From the NCBI GenBank assembly GCA_900617105.1, contig UYFQ01000001.1, positions 2,108,001 to 2,172,000 of the forward strand: a DNA stretch of 64,000 nt, read 5' to 3'. The notes under the pieces are model-generated. The model searched no databases. It was given only the letters and a program-made list of their open reading frames with translations, and was not told the origin of the DNA. This stretch comes from Hydrurus foetidus (lineage: Eukaryota). The stretch's first letter is position 1. Each line of letters starts with the position of its first letter. The translations under genes and the position numbers were made by a program. Below, piece by piece: positions 60,582 through 64,000 of the stretch.

Positions 60582-61559
60582 ATGGAAATTTTTGACTACG
60601 ACAACATCCTGCTGCTGCCGCGCAAATGCCGTGTTGACAGCCGGTCTGAATGCGATGCCGGAGTAGAACTGGGTGGGCGTACTTTTCGCATCCCCGTCGT
60701 GCCGGCAAACATGAAGACGGTCATCAATGAAGACATTTGCGTGTGGATGGCCAAAAACGGTTACTTTTATGTGATGCATCGTTTTGACCTGGACAACCTG
60801 GCCTTCGTCAAATCCATGAAGGCACAAGGCGTATACGCGTCAATATCACTCGGAGTAAAAAAACCTGACTACGACACGGTTGACCAAATGGTGGCGCTGG
60901 GTTTGGTGCCCGAATACATCACCATTGACATTGCCCACGGCCATGCTGATAGCGTGCAAAAAATGATTGGCTATATCAAGCAAAAGCTGCCCACGTCCTT
61001 TGTTATAGCGGGCAACGTGGCCACGCCAGAGGCGGTGATTGACCTGGAAAACTGGGGCGCAGACGCGACAAAAGTGGGTATTGGCCCCGGCAAGGTCTGC
61101 ATCACCAAAATGAAGACAGGGTTTGGTACCGGCGGCTGGCAGTTGTCGGCGCTGAAGTGGTGCGCGCGCGTGGCAACCAAACCGATCATTGCCGATGGCG
61201 GCATACGCGAGCATGGCGACATTGCCAAGTCAATTCGCTTCGGCGCGACGATGGTGATGATCGGCTCGATGCTGGCGGGCCTTGAAGAAAGCCCCGGCAA
61301 AACCGTTGAGGTTGATGGGCAGCTCTTCAAAGAGTATTACGGCAGCGCGTCAGACTTCAACAAGGGCGAGTACAAGCACGTTGAAGGCAAGCGCATTCTG
61401 GAACCCGTCAAGGGCACGCTCCTAGATACCCTGCGCGAAATGGAAGAAGACATTCAAAGCGCCATCAGCTATGCGGGCGGAAAAAGGCTGATGGATATCA
61501 GGAAGGTGAATTATGTGACGCTGGGTGGGGACAATGCGGGCGAGCACTTGCTGATGTAA
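60582..61559 (+). CDS. guaC: GMP reductase
   Basis: [44 protein letters not shown]. Confidence 0.95.
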   Translation: MEIFDYDNILLLPRKCRVDSRSECDAGVELGGRTFRIPVVPANMKTVINEDICVWMAKNGYFYVMHRFDLDNLAFVKSMKAQGVYASISLGVKKPDYDTVDQMVALGLVPEYITIDIAHGHADSVQKMIGYIKQKLPTSFVIAGNVATPEAVIDLENWGADATKVGIGPGKVCITKMKTGFGTGGWQLSALKWCARVATKPIIADGGIREHGDIAKSIRFGATMVMIGSMLAGLEESPGKTVEVDGQLFKEYYGSASDFNKGEYKHVEGKRILEPVKGTLLDTLREMEEDIQSAISYAGGKRLMDIRKVNYVTLGGDNAGEHLLM

Positions 61560-61592
61560 CGCTGCTGACTGTCCGTACGCAGCAGCTGTTCT

Positions 61593-63014
61593 TCAGTCCA
61601 TCAACATGGCAGGAGCGCTCACTTCACCCAACGCGGGCCCTGACCAGTTTGACCCTGCTATTGAATTAACAGCGGCTCGCGCCCGGTTTGATTGGTCTGC
61701 GGCACTTTTTTCTTGCATGGCGGCGTTGATAGTTGGGCAGCTTTTGGTTTGAATGTATTCAAGCGCAGCCGCGGTTCGGCGCTCTGTGGGGTCGCCTAAT
61801 TCTTTGCTCAAATCGTCACCAACCACGCAGGTGGCGGGCAAGCCGCCGGTGTAACGACCGAAGTCGACGGCGTTAAAAGTTTCAAAATTCACGGCGTTGT
61901 ACGTCGTGTTGCACGAGCTTCTTGGCTGAAAGCCGAAAGGCTTGCCAAACGTCGTGGCGCCAATTTTGATGACTTGTTTGAACGGTTCGAGGGCGTTGAT
62001 CAAAAGCTCGCTGGCAGAAGCGGTACTGGGCGACGTGATAAAAAAAACCTGCTTCAAACCTTCCAGCGGCGCGGCTGGGAGCGAGTCCAAACTAGCCGTG
62101 AATGGGTAGTCAAAATTGCGATCGGCGTTTTGAACGTTAAAGCGCACCTTCGCGAAAACGTTGCCGTCAAGACTTGAACCGCCGATCAGGCTGGCCAGCG
62201 CACGCGCGACCTGAACACTACCGCCGCCGTTGTAGCGCAAATCAACCACCAACTCCGTTACGCCGCCTTCGCGAAAGCGGTTGAAAACTGCACCCAGCGC
62301 CGCAAGGCTGGAAGGGGTGAACTCCTGGTACGCAAGATAACCAATTTTTACGTTATTTGCGCCGGTAAAGATTTTGTCGACGGCCACCGATGCCAAAGGG
62401 AAATTGCGAGACACCATGGTGATCTGACGTGACGCACCCAGGGCGTCAGAGACGGTAAAAGTGCGCGTTACGCCGCTTGAATTCACGCTGGGAAGCTCGC
62501 CTTTGGCAATATTTGCGAGGCTTAACCCATTGATCGAAAGCACCGTATCGCCACGCTTGAGTCCTGCCGCCGCAGCGGGCCCAGCGGCCTCAACCGCGCG
62601 GATGCGCAACTCAGTCAAACTCGGATCGGTAAAGCCCATCGAATAACCAAATCCGGTTCTTGTGCCTTCAGCAAAAAACTGCGTGAACTGCGCTACGTCC
62701 TGCGTAAAACTGTAGCGGTCAATGGGTACGAACAAAAGGGAGTTGAAATAGGTGCTCAAGCTGGTAGCGGCCGCATTCGGCACCGCAAGGTTTGCACTCC
62801 AGAAATACTTATCGGCCATGTAGTCGTTCATCCAAGCACGCTGGTCGGGCACGGAGCAACTCAGCGGCTGGCCAGGGTAGCCCGACGCGGAGATTGCCGG
62901 TAGATTGGTCGCTGGCCTTAGATTGCTGGCAGCACCACTACCACCGCCTCCGCCTCCGCAAGCGGCGAAGAGGGTACAAAAAGCCAAAGCAACAACAAAA
63001 AACAATCTTTGCAT
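61593..63014 (-). CDS. S41 family peptidase lipoprotein with PDZ domain
   Basis: Lipobox FAAC-GGGG; DLRYNGGG; TASASEL; TFGKP. Confidence 0.88.
   Translation of the reverse strand: MQRLFFVVALAFCTLFAACGGGGGGSGAASNLRPATNLPAISASGYPGQPLSCSVPDQRAWMNDYMADKYFWSANLAVPNAAATSLSTYFNSLLFVPIDRYSFTQDVAQFTQFFAEGTRTGFGYSMGFTDPSLTELRIRAVEAAGPAAAAGLKRGDTVLSINGLSLANIAKGELPSVNSSGVTRTFTVSDALGASRQITMVSRNFPLASVAVDKIFTGANNVKIGYLAYQEFTPSSLAALGAVFNRFREGGVTELVVDLRYNGGGSVQVARALASLIGGSSLDGNVFAKVRFNVQNADRNFDYPFTASLDSLPAAPLEGLKQVFFITSPSTASASELLINALEPFKQVIKIGATTFGKPFGFQPRSSCNTTYNAVNFETFNAVDFGRYTGGLPATCVVGDDLSKELGDPTERRTAAALEYIQTKSCPTINAAMQEKSAADQSNRARAAVNSIAGSNWSGPALGEVSAPAMLMD
61657..61721 (+). repeat. Family A element, intragenic (S41 C-terminal tail)
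   Basis: gctattgaattaacagc ggctcgcgccc ggtttgatt ggtc tgcggcac ttttt. Confidence 0.82.
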
Positions 63015-63015
63015 T

Positions 63016-63870
63016 TCAAGTTCCTTTAATCATTTTTAGTGCATATTGATGCAAGAGGTGTGACGGTTGTATCAGGGCATCGAGCACGCTGAAGTGATTC
63101 AACCCCGGCAGCGCCTCGCTTACTGGAACCGTTTGTCTGCCCCAAGCATCTTGAATCAACTGGTTGTGGCGCAAGAACTCGGCACTTTCACCGCCACCTG
63201 CCACGCTGTACAAAATGCCACTGCTAGGTGCAGGCAACAGTGCGGGGCTGGCTTTGCGTACCTGCGCTGGCGTCAGCTTGAGTGAGTCCTTCACATTAGG
63301 TGCATGGCGCAAGGGCTCCAGGTCATACAGGCCTGAAATTGACAGCGCGTTTTTGACCAAATCGCTTGGCAAATCGGCAGCGTATGCCTTCCAAACACAG
63401 GCCAGCATCATGGCTGCCAAATGCCCGCCCGCTGAGTGACCCACCACCGTGATGCGATTAGGGTCACCGCCGTGCTGAGCGATGTTGCGGTAAACCCAGC
63501 TGAGCGCGCGCACCATTTGCATGGTGATTTCAGGAATCGTGACTGCGGGGCACAAATCGTAGTTGGGCACCACTACGCACGCGCCTTGCGCCGTGAAGGC
63601 GGGCGCGATGAATGAATGATCGGCCTTGTCGAGCGAGCGCCAGTAACCGCCGTGAATGAACAAGACCACGGGTGCATTTTTGGCAGCTGCCGGAAATACG
63701 TCGAGCTTTTGCCCAGCGGACTTTCCATAGCTGACGTCTAGCGTGCAAGGCTGACTGCTTCGAGCAGCTTGTGAGGTTTGCAGCCAGCGCTCAAAGTACT
63801 GGGCATAACCGGGCACCAATGCGCGGTTGTTGTACATGCTGTCTAGCCATGCAGGGTCGTAAGTTGGCAT
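63016..63870 (-). CDS. Alpha/beta hydrolase (arylformamidase-like)
   Basis: YNNRA.VP, FIHGGYW, GHSAGGHL, ISGLYDL, NHF. Confidence 0.88.
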   Translation of the reverse strand: MPTYDPAWLDSMYNNRALVPGYAQYFERWLQTSQAARSSQPCTLDVSYGKSAGQKLDVFPAAAKNAPVVLFIHGGYWRSLDKADHSFIAPAFTAQGACVVVPNYDLCPAVTIPEITMQMVRALSWVYRNIAQHGGDPNRITVVGHSAGGHLAAMMLACVWKAYAADLPSDLVKNALSISGLYDLEPLRHAPNVKDSLKLTPAQVRKASPALLPAPSSGILYSVAGGGESAEFLRHNQLIQDAWGRQTVPVSEALPGLNHFSVLDALIQPSHLLHQYALKMIKGT

Positions 63871-64000
63871 TGTGGTGAGTCCTTGAAAAGCGGTTGCGCA
63901 GCCGCTATCTTTGCACAGCGGCAAACAGCGTTGTTGACGATTCGGCCGAATACTCAGGCAAACCCGTCGGGCATGTGCTTTTTAAAGTGCGTTTGTCAGC

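Noticed and set aside
1..64000. tRNA, rRNA, IS elements, prophage
   Set aside because: No cloverleaf, rRNA-like stretch, transposase, integrase or phage structural gene recognised by eye

Overview
A 64-kb chromosomal window from a betaproteobacterium of the Comamonadaceae (Polaromonas/Rhodoferax-like; inferred from gene content, gene order and protein similarity as recalled, not from a search). The backbone is housekeeping: mltB, comEC, murJ, rpsT, argD-argF, kynBUA, acnA, gloA, edd-eda, pdxH, folK-pcnB-HAD-hda-AI-2E, purM, polA, thrB, uvrD, guaC. Accessory pieces sit between these genes: an MmeI-like restriction-modification fusion, a DUF11 secreted protein, five toxin-antitoxin-type pairs (two with inactivated toxins), an NDT/TIR-like gene, and a two-gene proteorhodopsin + lycopene cyclase islet. 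There is also a circularly permuted ATP-grasp/alpha-E/transglutaminase system with sigma54-type promoters. The strongest signal outside the gene annotation is a roughly 65-bp element with fixed internal spacing, found at least 18 times (about one per 3.5 kb). Twelve copies lie inside protein-coding genes, on both strands, and several appear to overwrite conserved protein segments rather than add to them. Several intergenic copies sit next to the accessory TA/RM modules. Two further palindromic repeat families also occur inside genes. No rRNA, tRNA, CRISPR array, integrase or transposase was recognised.
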